A stretch of DNA of 63,937 bases, filler included, from Caldilineae bacterium (GTDB taxonomy: Bacteria > Chloroflexota > Anaerolineae > DTLA01), in the NCBI GenBank assembly GCA_037446815.1. It is 13 parts of 13 records of this genome, joined end to end, with 100 filler letters (N's around TTAATTAATTAA, not from the genome) between each part and the next. Parts side by side here need not be neighbours in the genome. Positions count along the whole stretch, not along the records: positions 26,737 to 31,825 come from JBBIHX010000196.1; positions 31,926 to 37,003 come from JBBIHX010000197.1; positions 37,104 to 41,962 come from JBBIHX010000200.1; 10 more parts are not named here. The stretch is one strand, 5' to 3'. This document shows positions 28,922 through 37,636 of this stretch, one piece after another (positions within the stretch are counted from its first letter, which is position 1; each line of letters begins with the position of its first letter). The notes beneath the pieces were generated by a model. That model had not been told where the DNA came from. It saw only the letters and a program-made list of their open reading frames with translations, and made no database searches. The position numbers were made by a program, and so were the translations under genes.

Positions 28922-30001
28922 CTAGACAACCCGCTCCACTTTCACGTTGCGCTTGGCCAATTCGGCGAAGAACGGCTCAGGCTCCAGGCACCCCTCCGGC
29001 GCAAACACGCCCGCGGGCAACCCGCCCCGCGCCAGCATCAGCGCGCCGATGGCCGCCGGTATGCCCGTGAGTCGTCCCATCTTGTCCACGGTGGTGTACA
29101 CCAGATGCCGCTCTTGGCCATCCTTTCGGCCGATGACATCCACGCGCGCGCCGGAAAACGGCACACCGCCCGCGCGGAAGATGCCCTCAATGGCGTGGAT
29201 GACCTTCGCCACGCGGTCAATCTTCCTGGGCGTGTTAATGAGCCGCAGCGCGTTGAACACGTCCACCAGTTTGTTGTTCCAATCGGGCGTCAACGCCCCC
29301 TTCAGCGTAACCGTCTTGGCGCGGATGTAGCGCGGGATGGTCAGCGGCTCCGGGTGCCCGCAGTGGAACACGCGGATGCGTCCCAGCGGCGCCGGGAACT
29401 CCACCACCTCCGCGCCGGACGACGCGGGGATGTTCTTCCACTGGCCGTCCATGTAGGTGGGCACCTCGCCCGTTACGGCGTAGAACACGTGCTTGATGAC
29501 GGCCAGTCCCTGAGAGTCCGCCGCGCCACCCGCCCAGGCCACGTGGATGGCGTCCACCTCGTCCAGCCGAAGCGCGCCGTCGCGGGCCATCAGGTTCGTG
29601 ATGCCCGGCGTCCACCCCAGGCCCGTGATGGCGGTGATGCCGGCCTCGCGCGCCGCCGCGTCCAGCGCCAGCACCTCGGGGATAGGCCCGTAGTCGTCGC
29701 AGATGTCCACGTAGTTCACGCGGGCCTTGACCGCGGCGCGGGTCATGGGCGCGGCGAACTTGTAGAACGGGCCGATGCAGCCCACCGCCGCGTCCGCTCC
29801 CTGCAGGGCTTCTATCAGCGAGTCTTCTTTCGTGGCGTCCACGAAGCGCGCCGATGCCCGCGGCCCCAACTCCGTGGCCAACTTCTTGGCCGCGTCCAGC
29901 CGATAGTCGGCGATGACGATCTCCGCGTCGCTATGGGCGGCGATGTCGCGCACCACGAAACTCCCCATGTCTCCGCAGCCACCGAGGACAACGATTCTCA
30001 T
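28922..30001 (-). CDS. Saccharopine dehydrogenase family oxidoreductase
   Basis: GGCGDMG, GPFY, NYVDICDD, GLGWTPG, HPEP. Confidence 0.9.
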   Translation of the reverse strand: MRIVVLGGCGDMGSFVVRDIAAHSDAEIVIADYRLDAAKKLATELGPRASARFVDATKEDSLIEALQGADAAVGCIGPFYKFAAPMTRAAVKARVNYVDICDDYGPIPEVLALDAAAREAGITAITGLGWTPGITNLMARDGALRLDEVDAIHVAWAGGAADSQGLAVIKHVFYAVTGEVPTYMDGQWKNIPASSGAEVVEFPAPLGRIRVFHCGHPEPLTIPRYIRAKTVTLKGALTPDWNNKLVDVFNALRLINTPRKIDRVAKVIHAIEGIFRAGGVPFSGARVDVIGRKDGQERHLVYTTVDKMGRLTGIPAAIGALMLARGGLPAGVFAPEGCLEPEPFFAELAKRNVKVERVV

Positions 30002-30089
30002 GTTGACCCTCCCGCAACAGATGCTGTGAAGAGAACGGCCCCGATCGCACGATACAATGTGAAAGAACAACGGTTTGGACTAATTGCTC

Positions 30090-30117
30090 ATTATAGCCCA
30101 GGTTTGCGCCGCGTCAA
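30090..30117 (-). promoter_or_regulatory. Sigma70-like promoter TTGACG-16-TATAAT
   Basis: Overlaps the murJ 3' end, upstream of the saccharopine dehydrogenase gene. Confidence 0.6.
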
Positions 30118-31683
30118 ACCCAGTCGGCGCGCCACCGCGTGGCTCAACGTGGCCCATTCGTCCACGCGCAGCGCCGAGATGAGCGCGGCGTACACGGCCA
30201 GCCCAACCACCGCGCCGACGCCGACCTGCGCGAGCCACGCGATGAACCCCGCCGAGCCGAGCAGGGCCGCAACCCGCTGCGCACTCCAGTGGACTGCAAG
30301 CGCCATGCCACCCGCCGCCGCCAGCGCCTTCAGCGCCGTCGCGCCGATGCGGCTGCGCCCGAGCGACTTGCGCAAGAGGAACAGCATGATGAGCGCGTGG
30401 CCGGTCAGTTGGCACGAGTTGGCGATGACAAGACCGATCATCCCCAGCGGGCGAATCAGGATGAGCGCCACCGCCAGGTAGATGCCGACGGCGGCGATGC
30501 CCACCAGGGCCGGGGTCAACGTGTTCTTGCGGGCGTAGAACGCGAAGATAAGCAACTGGTCAATCCCCGCGAAGGTGAGGCCGATGAGGTAGAAACGCAG
30601 CGCGTTGGCCACCTGCACCGTGTCGTGAGGGCCGAATTCGCCGTGCTGGAAGATGAGGGCCACCACGGGCCGCGCCAGGGCGAACAGGCCCAGCGTCGCC
30701 GGGATGAGCAGCACCAGCACCATGCGCAGCGAGATGCCCAGCGTGCGCTCGTAGGCCGCGTCATCGCCGGCGTAGTCCGAACGCGCCAGCGAGGGCAGCG
30801 ATGCCAGGGAAATCGCCGCCGCCACCAGCCCCAACGGGAACTGCACCAGGTTGGTGGCGTACTGCATCCACGCGATGCTCTCCCCGCCCGTCCTGGACGC
30901 CAGGTTGCGGTCAATGGCAATCCCAATCTGGCTCACCACGAGGCCCAATACGATGGGCAGGTACAGTTTCAGGATGCGCCGCAGGCCCGGGTGGCTGAAG
31001 TCCAGGGAAAACCGGAAGCGCCCATCCCGCAACCCAGGGGCGAGAAGCGCGAACTGGAGCAGCGCGCCCAAGGCGATGCCCACCGCCAGCGCGTACACGT
31101 CCAGCCACGCGGCGAAGAATACGGCGGATAGGATGAGGCCCAGGTTGTAGATGGCCGCGCCGAACGCGGGATAGGCGAATCGCTGGAGGCTATACAGCAC
31201 GCCGATGGCGATGCCGGAGATGCCGAAGACGAGGACCGCGGGCAGGACAATGCGGATGAGCCGCGTGGTCATCGCCAGCACTTCGGGCTCAAACCCGCCG
31301 CCCAGAAGCCACGCCACCACCGGCGCGCCCAACTCCAACAGGACGATGAGCGCGGTCAGCAACACGGCGGCCAAACTGAACAGGACGCTGGCCAGTTCCC
31401 ACAATTCCTTCTTGCGCGTGTCGGCGTAGTCGCTCAGGACAGGGACAAGCGCCGAACTGAGCATGCCGCCGATGAGCAGGTCAAAGATCATTGTGGGGAC
31501 CTGGGAGGCGACGCGGAAGGCGCTCAGGAACGGCGACGCGCCGAAGTAGTCGGCAATGACCAGTTCGCGGATAAGGCCCAGCAGGCGGCTGACGATGTTG
31601 CCGGCGCCGATGATGCCCGCCGCGCCCGCGATGCTGGTTACGGTCTTCTGGGTTGTGTCTGCCGTCGGTGTGATTTCCGCCAA
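30091..31683 (-). CDS. murJ: Lipid II flippase MurJ
   Basis: SRLLGLIRE, GGMLSSALVP, QFPLG, AFYARKNTLTP; probable TTG start. Confidence 0.93.
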   Translation of the reverse strand: MAEITPTADTTQKTVTSIAGAAGIIGAGNIVSRLLGLIRELVIADYFGASPFLSAFRVASQVPTMIFDLLIGGMLSSALVPVLSDYADTRKKELWELASVLFSLAAVLLTALIVLLELGAPVVAWLLGGGFEPEVLAMTTRLIRIVLPAVLVFGISGIAIGVLYSLQRFAYPAFGAAIYNLGLILSAVFFAAWLDVYALAVGIALGALLQFALLAPGLRDGRFRFSLDFSHPGLRRILKLYLPIVLGLVVSQIGIAIDRNLASRTGGESIAWMQYATNLVQFPLGLVAAAISLASLPSLARSDYAGDDAAYERTLGISLRMVLVLLIPATLGLFALARPVVALIFQHGEFGPHDTVQVANALRFYLIGLTFAGIDQLLIFAFYARKNTLTPALVGIAAVGIYLAVALILIRPLGMIGLVIANSCQLTGHALIMLFLLRKSLGRSRIGATALKALAAAGGMALAVHWSAQRVAALLGSAGFIAWLAQVGVGAVVGLAVYAALISALRVDEWATLSHAVARRLGLTRRKPGL

Positions 31684-31925
31684 AGCGTGATTTGCCCCTT
31701 CCCCGCGATGCCAGCGCATTGTACATGAGGACAGGGGCGCGGGCAAAACGGCCCGCTGACGGATGCCATACGGCAATGACGTGCGACGCACTTTCGGAAG
31801 TGCGTCGCACGTTGCCCCTCACCCCNNNNNNNNNNNNNNNNNNNNNNNNNNNNNNNNNNNNNNNNNNNNTTAATTAATTAANNNNNNNNNNNNNNNNNNN
31901 NNNNNNNNNNNNNNNNNNNNNNNNN

Positions 31926-32034
31926 TCCTCGTGTGTCATTGCGAGCGAAGCGAAGCAATCGCACGCCCCGGAGATTGCTTTGGGCGCTCGGCGCCCTCGC
32001 AATGACAGCCACCAATAGACTTTGGGACCGAATG
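31926..32034. mobile_element. 150-bp MITE, partial (contig start)
   Basis: Internal REP pair plus ACCAATAGACTTTGGGACCG end. Confidence 0.85.
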
Positions 32035-32209
32035 AGGCGCGTCTCGCCTCATGCCTTCGCCCTCACCCGTCCGCACAATCCGTGTTATCCGTGGATTCAG
32101 CATTCGTGCGGGTGCGGAGATGGGCACGTGCGACGCACGGTCGTGGGGGTGTGTCGCACGTGCCCGTGTTCGCCGGTCGGGCCTCGCCCCTCGGCGGGCC
32201 ACGCCCTCG

Positions 32210-33352
32210 CTACAGCCCGAGCACCTGCCGCGCGATGACCAGCCGCTGGATTTCGCTGGTGCCCTCGCCGATGGTGCACAGGCGCTGATCGCGGTAGATG
32301 CGCTCCACGTCGTAGTCTTTGGTGTACCCGTACCCGCCGTGAATCTGCAAGGACTTGAACGCCGCGCGCTCGGCCACCTCCGAGGCGAACAGTTTCGCCA
32401 TGGCGGCCTCTTTGGTGAATCGGACGCCCCTGTCCTTGAGCCAGGCGGCGCGGTACACGAGGAGGCGCGCCGCGTCAATCTCCGTGGCCATGTCGGCGAT
32501 CATCCACTGGATGGCCTGGAAGTTGGCGATGGGCTGGCCGAATTGGACGCGCTGCTTGGAGTACGCTACCGCGTTCTCAAAGGCGGCCTGGGCAAGGCCA
32601 AGCGCCATCGCGCCGATGGAGATGCGCCCGCCGTCCAGGGTGATGAGGAACTGCTTTAGCCCTTCGCCAGGCTTGCCCAGGATGTTCTCCTTCGGCACGC
32701 GGCAGTCCTCAAAGAAGAGTTGCGACGTTACCGAGCCTTTCAGGCCCATCTTCTCTTCGTCGCGGCCTGCGCGGAAGCCGGGCGAGGTCTTCTCCACGAT
32801 GAGGTTGGAGATGCCCCGCGTGCCTGCGGCGGGGTCTGTCCGCGCGGCGACGATGATAACATCGGCGATGGAGCCCGACGTGATGAACACCTTCTGCCCG
32901 TTGATGACCCACTCGTCGCCCTTGAGCACTGCTGTAGTCTGGATGGCCGAGGCGTCGGAGCCGGCGTTGGGTTCCGTCAGCCCGAAGGCGCCGATTTTCT
33001 CGCCGCTGGCCAGGGGCGTGAGGTACTTCCGCTTCTGCTCCTCGGTGCCGAAGTAGACGAACGGCATGCAGGCGAGGGACGTGTGGGCGGCGACGGTGAT
33101 GCCAGTAGAGCCGCAGACGCGGGAGATTTCCTCCACGGCGATGGCGTAACTCACGTAGTCGGAGCCTGCGCCGCCGTACTCCTCGGGGACCGGCAGCCCC
33201 ATCATTCCCATGGCGGCCATTTTGCGGATGGTGTCCCATGGGAACTGCTCCTTGGCGTCGGTCTCGCGGGCGATAGGGCGAATCTCCTTCTCGGCGAAGT
33301 CGCGCACCGCCTTCTGGAACATCTTTTGCTCTTCGTTCAGTTCAAAGTCCAC
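32210..33352 (-). CDS. Acyl-CoA dehydrogenase (short/branched chain type)
   Basis: FGLTEPNAGSD, RVQFG, QIHGGYGY, IGEGTSEIQR. Confidence 0.96.
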   Translation of the reverse strand: MDFELNEEQKMFQKAVRDFAEKEIRPIARETDAKEQFPWDTIRKMAAMGMMGLPVPEEYGGAGSDYVSYAIAVEEISRVCGSTGITVAAHTSLACMPFVYFGTEEQKRKYLTPLASGEKIGAFGLTEPNAGSDASAIQTTAVLKGDEWVINGQKVFITSGSIADVIIVAARTDPAAGTRGISNLIVEKTSPGFRAGRDEEKMGLKGSVTSQLFFEDCRVPKENILGKPGEGLKQFLITLDGGRISIGAMALGLAQAAFENAVAYSKQRVQFGQPIANFQAIQWMIADMATEIDAARLLVYRAAWLKDRGVRFTKEAAMAKLFASEVAERAAFKSLQIHGGYGYTKDYDVERIYRDQRLCTIGEGTSEIQRLVIARQVLGL

Positions 33353-33397
33353 GGGTGCCTCCTGTGACGCGGGATTGGTGGCGGTGTCCCGCGATCC

Positions 33398-33841
33398 CTA
33401 CATTGGCTCAAACCACACGTCGTTGGGGGTCCAATCCACAAGCCGGCGGAAGTGCGCGCGCACGGGCATGCCAATGTATACGTCTTCGGGGTTGCACCCC
33501 TTGATGCGCGTCAGGAAGACGGTGTCAATCCCTGGGAGTTCCACATACGCCAGGACAAACGGGACTTCGTGCAGGAATGCCTCAGCCGAAAAGTGAAGTA
33601 TGGAGAAGGTGTGGACTTTGCCCTCCTGCGGGGCCTCAAACCATTCGGTCTTTGCGCCGCACTTGCCACAGTCCCGGCGAGGCGGCAGCCAGGTCGCGCC
33701 GCATTTGGTGCATCGCGTGGCCAGCAGTTTCTTCTCCTTCAGGCCGAGGAAGAAGTCGCTGACTTCGCCGTAGGAATGGATGTAGTCAATCTCGTAGTGT
33801 CGCCCAACCTGAAGTGGCTTCACGCCGTATACGTGCGTCAT
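33398..33841 (-). CDS. DUF35 Zn-ribbon/OB-fold protein
   Basis: CTKCG..WLPPR..CGKC followed by an OB-fold; adjacent to the thiolase-like gene. Confidence 0.9.
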   Translation of the reverse strand: MTHVYGVKPLQVGRHYEIDYIHSYGEVSDFFLGLKEKKLLATRCTKCGATWLPPRRDCGKCGAKTEWFEAPQEGKVHTFSILHFSAEAFLHEVPFVLAYVELPGIDTVFLTRIKGCNPEDVYIGMPVRAHFRRLVDWTPNDVWFEPM

Positions 33842-33853
33842 GATGTTCCTCCT

Positions 33854-35137
33854 CTAGGGCCGCTCAAAGATGTTCACGGTGATGTAGGTGCCGGTTCCGG
33901 CATGGCTGTGGCAGAGGCCGCGCTTGGCCCCCTTAACCTGGATTCGCCAGCCCTCGCTGCCAAGTCCTCGGTCGGTGCAATGCTTGTCCATGGCCTCCTG
34001 CAATTGCCATAGCGTGAACACACCCTGCATGATGCCGGTGGCGCCCACAGGGTGCCCGCAGGCGATAAGGCCACCGGAAGGGTTGACGGGCAGTTGGCCT
34101 CCCACGTAGGGGCCGCCTTCATCCACCCATTTGCCGCCCTCGCCGTACAGGCAGAAGCCGAGATCCTCATACGTCTGGAGTTCGCTGGATGCGTAAGCGT
34201 CGTGCACCTCGGCGAAGTCAATCTCGCGCAGGGGGTCTTTGATGCCGGCCATCTTGTACGCTTGACGGGCGGCCTCGCGCGCGCCGCGGAAAGAGTGCAC
34301 TCCCGGCCAGCGCCCCTTGAGATACTCGTATTTCTTTGGGTCTTCCCCCGGAAGCGGAATCACATCGCCGCGGGGCCGGTCGCCCAGGCGCATGGTGTCG
34401 GTGCCGCAGCCCACGCCCGTGATCACGGCGTAGTCTCCATTCGGGCGCAGTTTCTTGGCCCACTCTTCCGTGCAGAGGATAAGGCACGCGGCGCCGTCGC
34501 TCATGACGCACACCATGGGGCGAGTCAGCGGCGTTGAAATCATGGGCGCGTTGAGTACCTGCTCAATGGTCCATCGCTCGTGTTTCTGCGCCCATCGGTT
34601 GTGGAAGGCGTTCTCGTAGTTCTTGACCGCGATCTTGGCCAGTTGCTCGGGCGTGGTGCCGAACTCGTGCATGTGGCGCATGGCCATGGTGGCGTAGTAG
34701 CCGGAATAGAAGCCCCCCACCGGATAGTCAAAGTCGGTGTCCGAGGCCAGGGCGATGAACTCGTTGCCCTTGGCGGTGTTGACCTCCGACATCTTTTCAA
34801 AGCCGTACACCAGGCATACGTCGGACAGGCCGGACGCCACGTCCATGTAGCCCGCGCGGATGCCCAAGCCACCTGTGGCGCCGCCGCCTTCTATGCGCAT
34901 GCTGGGCCTGGGACACATGGCGAGGTAGTCCTGGGTGAGGGAGTCAAAGAGGAGTTGGGCGTTGAAGTGGTCGGAGAAGTAGGTGCAGATGGTGCTCTGA
35001 ATGTCCTTGAGGTCAAGGCGGCCGTCCAAGTCGTTCATGGCGTAATCCACGGCGTCCTTGACCATGGCCTCCTGGGTGTTCAGGTTGGCTTTGGCGAACT
35101 TGGTGATTCCCCCTGAGACGACACAAACTCTCCGCAT
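33854..35137 (-). CDS. SCP2-type thiolase-like protein
   Basis: GFEKMS, SDGAA, EVHDAY, NPSGGLIACGHPVGATG; N-terminal Cys site reads EGGGATGG. Confidence 0.9.
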   Translation of the reverse strand: MRRVCVVSGGITKFAKANLNTQEAMVKDAVDYAMNDLDGRLDLKDIQSTICTYFSDHFNAQLLFDSLTQDYLAMCPRPSMRIEGGGATGGLGIRAGYMDVASGLSDVCLVYGFEKMSEVNTAKGNEFIALASDTDFDYPVGGFYSGYYATMAMRHMHEFGTTPEQLAKIAVKNYENAFHNRWAQKHERWTIEQVLNAPMISTPLTRPMVCVMSDGAACLILCTEEWAKKLRPNGDYAVITGVGCGTDTMRLGDRPRGDVIPLPGEDPKKYEYLKGRWPGVHSFRGAREAARQAYKMAGIKDPLREIDFAEVHDAYASSELQTYEDLGFCLYGEGGKWVDEGGPYVGGQLPVNPSGGLIACGHPVGATGIMQGVFTLWQLQEAMDKHCTDRGLGSEGWRIQVKGAKRGLCHSHAGTGTYITVNIFERP

Positions 35138-35436
35138 GGTTGCCTCCTTGCAATTTGAGTTGGGCGTGCTCCTTGTTTGACGAGTTTCGTGCGGCGGCTT
35201 CTCACCTCCTTGACATAACGAATGTCGCGTTGCAGAAGCCCACGCCAGGCATGGGCAAGGGTTCGCGGCGTGCACGGACTCGGTTGCGACCGGTTCCCTG
35301 TGTGCGTTGGGGCTGCGATGTGTGCTGTAGGGGTATCCCCATTGACTTTGTACAGGAGCGCCCTCGCTCCTGGCGGGTGCCGTTGAGGCCGCCTCGGCGA
35401 TGTTGCGTCGCGCGGGACGTTGCGCCTCCGTGAATC

Positions 35437-35464
35437 ATTATAGCACAGGAAATGCGGCTGTCAA
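35437..35464 (-). promoter_or_regulatory. Consensus sigma70 promoter TTGACA-16-TATAAT with extended TG
   Basis: About 300 nt upstream of the thiolase start. Confidence 0.75.
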
Positions 35465-35475
35465 GGGTTTTGGGC

Positions 35476-36192
35476 CTATTTCGCTGCACCAGAACCGGCA
35501 TCAAGCAGAAGGCCGAAGGCGAGCAGGCGCACGTTGCCGCCCAGATACCGCTTCCAGGCGCCGGTCGTGGATTCGGCGAGGACGCGGAACCCGAATCGCC
35601 GATACAGGCGTAGCGCTGCCGGGTTTCGGTCCGTGGCCACGGCATGCACGCCAGGCATGCCTGCGGACGACAGCCGAGACAGGTAGGCTCCCAGGAGCGC
35701 AGACCCGAGGCCGCGCCCCCGATACTGCGGGAGCAGGTTGATGTGCAGATTGGCGGGGTACAGGTCGGACCGAATCTCAAGGAGTTCGCCGCGCACCGCG
35801 GCCAGCACCTGATCCCGAAGGTAGGAGAAGGTCTTGCGGCCAAGACGGTAGCGGCCGGTGGCTAGCCGCCGAAGGATGCCGGGCCAGCGCGCAAGGTTGC
35901 GTCGGCGAACGGCCCCATCGCCCGCAGGACACCCAACGATGTAGCCGACCACATCGCCCTCGCTTTCTGCCACCCAGGCGAAGTCGGGGTAGCCGTCCAG
36001 GTACGCATCAATGCCCAGGTCGGCGAACAGGGTTCGGTCGTCAAAGAAGGCTTCCACCGGATCGCCGAAGAAGGCGGTGTCCGCGTAAATGCGACGGACC
36101 GCGTCGCGGTGGCGCGGTTGGTACGGGATTACGATGCCTGGCGCGGGGGATGTTTCAATCCAGCGCGACGAGGACCCATCCGATGCGGTCAA
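35476..36192 (-). CDS. GNAT family acetyltransferase
   Basis: LHINLLPQYRGRGLG, NPAALRLYRRFGF; start uncertain. Confidence 0.85.
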   Translation of the reverse strand: MTASDGSSSRWIETSPAPGIVIPYQPRHRDAVRRIYADTAFFGDPVEAFFDDRTLFADLGIDAYLDGYPDFAWVAESEGDVVGYIVGCPAGDGAVRRRNLARWPGILRRLATGRYRLGRKTFSYLRDQVLAAVRGELLEIRSDLYPANLHINLLPQYRGRGLGSALLGAYLSRLSSAGMPGVHAVATDRNPAALRLYRRFGFRVLAESTTGAWKRYLGGNVRLLAFGLLLDAGSGAAK

Positions 36193-37003
36193 TGATCTTC
36201 CCCCCAGGGTAGTTGACCGAGAAACTCACCACGGCGGCGCGGGGATGTGCCAGTTCGGCCAAGTTGAACCGCGCGAGGACATAGGGGCCGAGGGCCTCGG
36301 TCTTGGGGCGGGCCGCCAGTTTGGGCGGGTACAAGACGCGGGAGCGGGCGACTTCGGACCCGTTCACGGCGCGGACGAGGCACGTGTAGGCGAGCAGCGG
36401 ATTGGAGGCCCCGCGCAATTGCGCCGATACCCAAAGTTCTGACTCCGTCCGCGCCACGTACAGCGCCACAAAATCCGCCCCTGCGCCGAGTTCTTGGGAT
36501 GTGCTGTCTCGCACCGAGTCTTGGGCAACAGGGAGCAGGGCACTGCCGTCGGCGGTCTGCCAGTCTCGCGGGTCGGGCGTTGTTGCCTGCCCAGGGGACA
36601 GTTCGGGCGCCTTCTGGAGCAGCGGCTCGCTGAAAAGTTCATTCTGTCGCACAAAGGAGCGCAGGAAGTTGCCCAGTAGCGGAAATTGGCTTCGGTATGC
36701 GTTCAGGGCTTGCTCCTTTTGTGTTACCCATTCGTCCGGCAGGGTAAACCGTCCCCACACTTGAGTGTCGTTGACCAAGCGGGCAGGCGGCAGGAGCGGC
36801 GCGAAGGGCATGTGACCGCGGGGCAAGGGATAGTCCGCACGGTGCACGAGGTACAGCAGCAGCCTGACGGGCGGCGTGCGGTGGCCTGCGGCAATGGCGA
36901 GTGCAGTGAACGCGCCGGTGGCCCAGTGGTCCGGGTGTACGTCGGCCGGGTGGGGCGCCACTACGGCGTCGGGGTCAAACGATTGCAGGATGGACTCTAG
37001 GTC
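36155..37003 (-). CDS. PIG-L/LmbE family deacetylase, 5' truncated by contig end
   Basis: PHPADVHPDH, YLVH, KEQALNAYRSQ. Confidence 0.8.
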   Translation of the reverse strand, partial: DLESILQSFDPDAVVAPHPADVHPDHWATGAFTALAIAAGHRTPPVRLLLYLVHRADYPLPRGHMPFAPLLPPARLVNDTQVWGRFTLPDEWVTQKEQALNAYRSQFPLLGNFLRSFVRQNELFSEPLLQKAPELSPGQATTPDPRDWQTADGSALLPVAQDSVRDSTSQELGAGADFVALYVARTESELWVSAQLRGASNPLLAYTCLVRAVNGSEVARSRVLYPPKLAARPKTEALGPYVLARFNLAELAHPRAAVVSFSVNYPGGKIIDRIGWVLVALD

Positions 37004-37112
37004 NNNNNNNNNNNNNNNNNNNNNNNNNNNNNNNNNNNNNNNNNNNNTTAATTAATTAANNNNNNNNNNNNNNNNNNNNNNNNNNNNNNNNNNNNNNNNN
37101 NNNGTAGTGCGG

Positions 37113-37406
37113 GAGATTCTTCGGCGCTCCGCGCCTCAGAATGACAGTTGGTGGGGGTAGGTTCGGGGGCTGCGCGCCTTACAGCGGCAGTTGCGTTGTG
37201 CCGTGCTGGGACGGAGGCGATACGCCCTCGCCTCTCGGGAGAGCGCTGAGGTGAGGGGGTGAGATTCTTCGGCGCTTCGCGCCTCAGAGTGACAGCCATG
37301 TTGTGTCATGCTGAGCCGAAGGCGAAGCATCTCGGTCAGCGGGATTCTTCGGCGCTCCGCGCCTCAGAATGACAGTTGGTGGGGGTTGGTTCGGGCGCTC
37401 CGCGCC
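37113..37406. repeat. Cluster of GTCA-type REP-like hairpins with a ~65-bp direct repeat
   Basis: GATTCTTCGGCGCTCCGCGCCTCAGAATGACAGTTGGTGGGGG occurs twice. Confidence 0.8.
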
Positions 37407-37414
37407 CAAAACGT

Positions 37415-37564
37415 GAGTCGGTTTCATCTTGTGTTGGTGAACCGTAGGCGCACTCTCCTCGTGTGTCATTGCGAGCGAAGCGAAGCAATCCCACGCCCCG
37501 GAGATTGCTTCGGGCACTGCGTGCCCTCGCAATGACAGCCACCAACAGACTTTGGAACCGACTC
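37415..37564. mobile_element. 150-bp MITE copy D, TSD CAAAACGT
   Basis: Direct repeat at 37407-37414 and 37565-37572. Confidence 0.93.
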
Positions 37565-37579
37565 CAAAACGTACCAACT

Positions 37580-37621
37580 TTGACAACAAATGTGTTATCC
37601 CCTATAATGTGATATATCACA
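37580..37621 (+). promoter_or_regulatory. Consensus promoter TTGACA-17-TATAAT with overlapping palindrome TGTGATATATCACA
   Basis: -35 at 37580-37585, -10 at 37603-37608, perfect 14-bp palindrome at 37608-37621. Confidence 0.85.
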
Positions 37622-37636
37622 AGCGGGAGGGGAACG

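Noticed and set aside
28742..30481. Long antisense or alternate-frame ORFs (also 2462-4243, 39431-41677, 58448-60262)
   Set aside because: High-GC shadow ORFs overlapping well-supported genes, with no motifs of their own.
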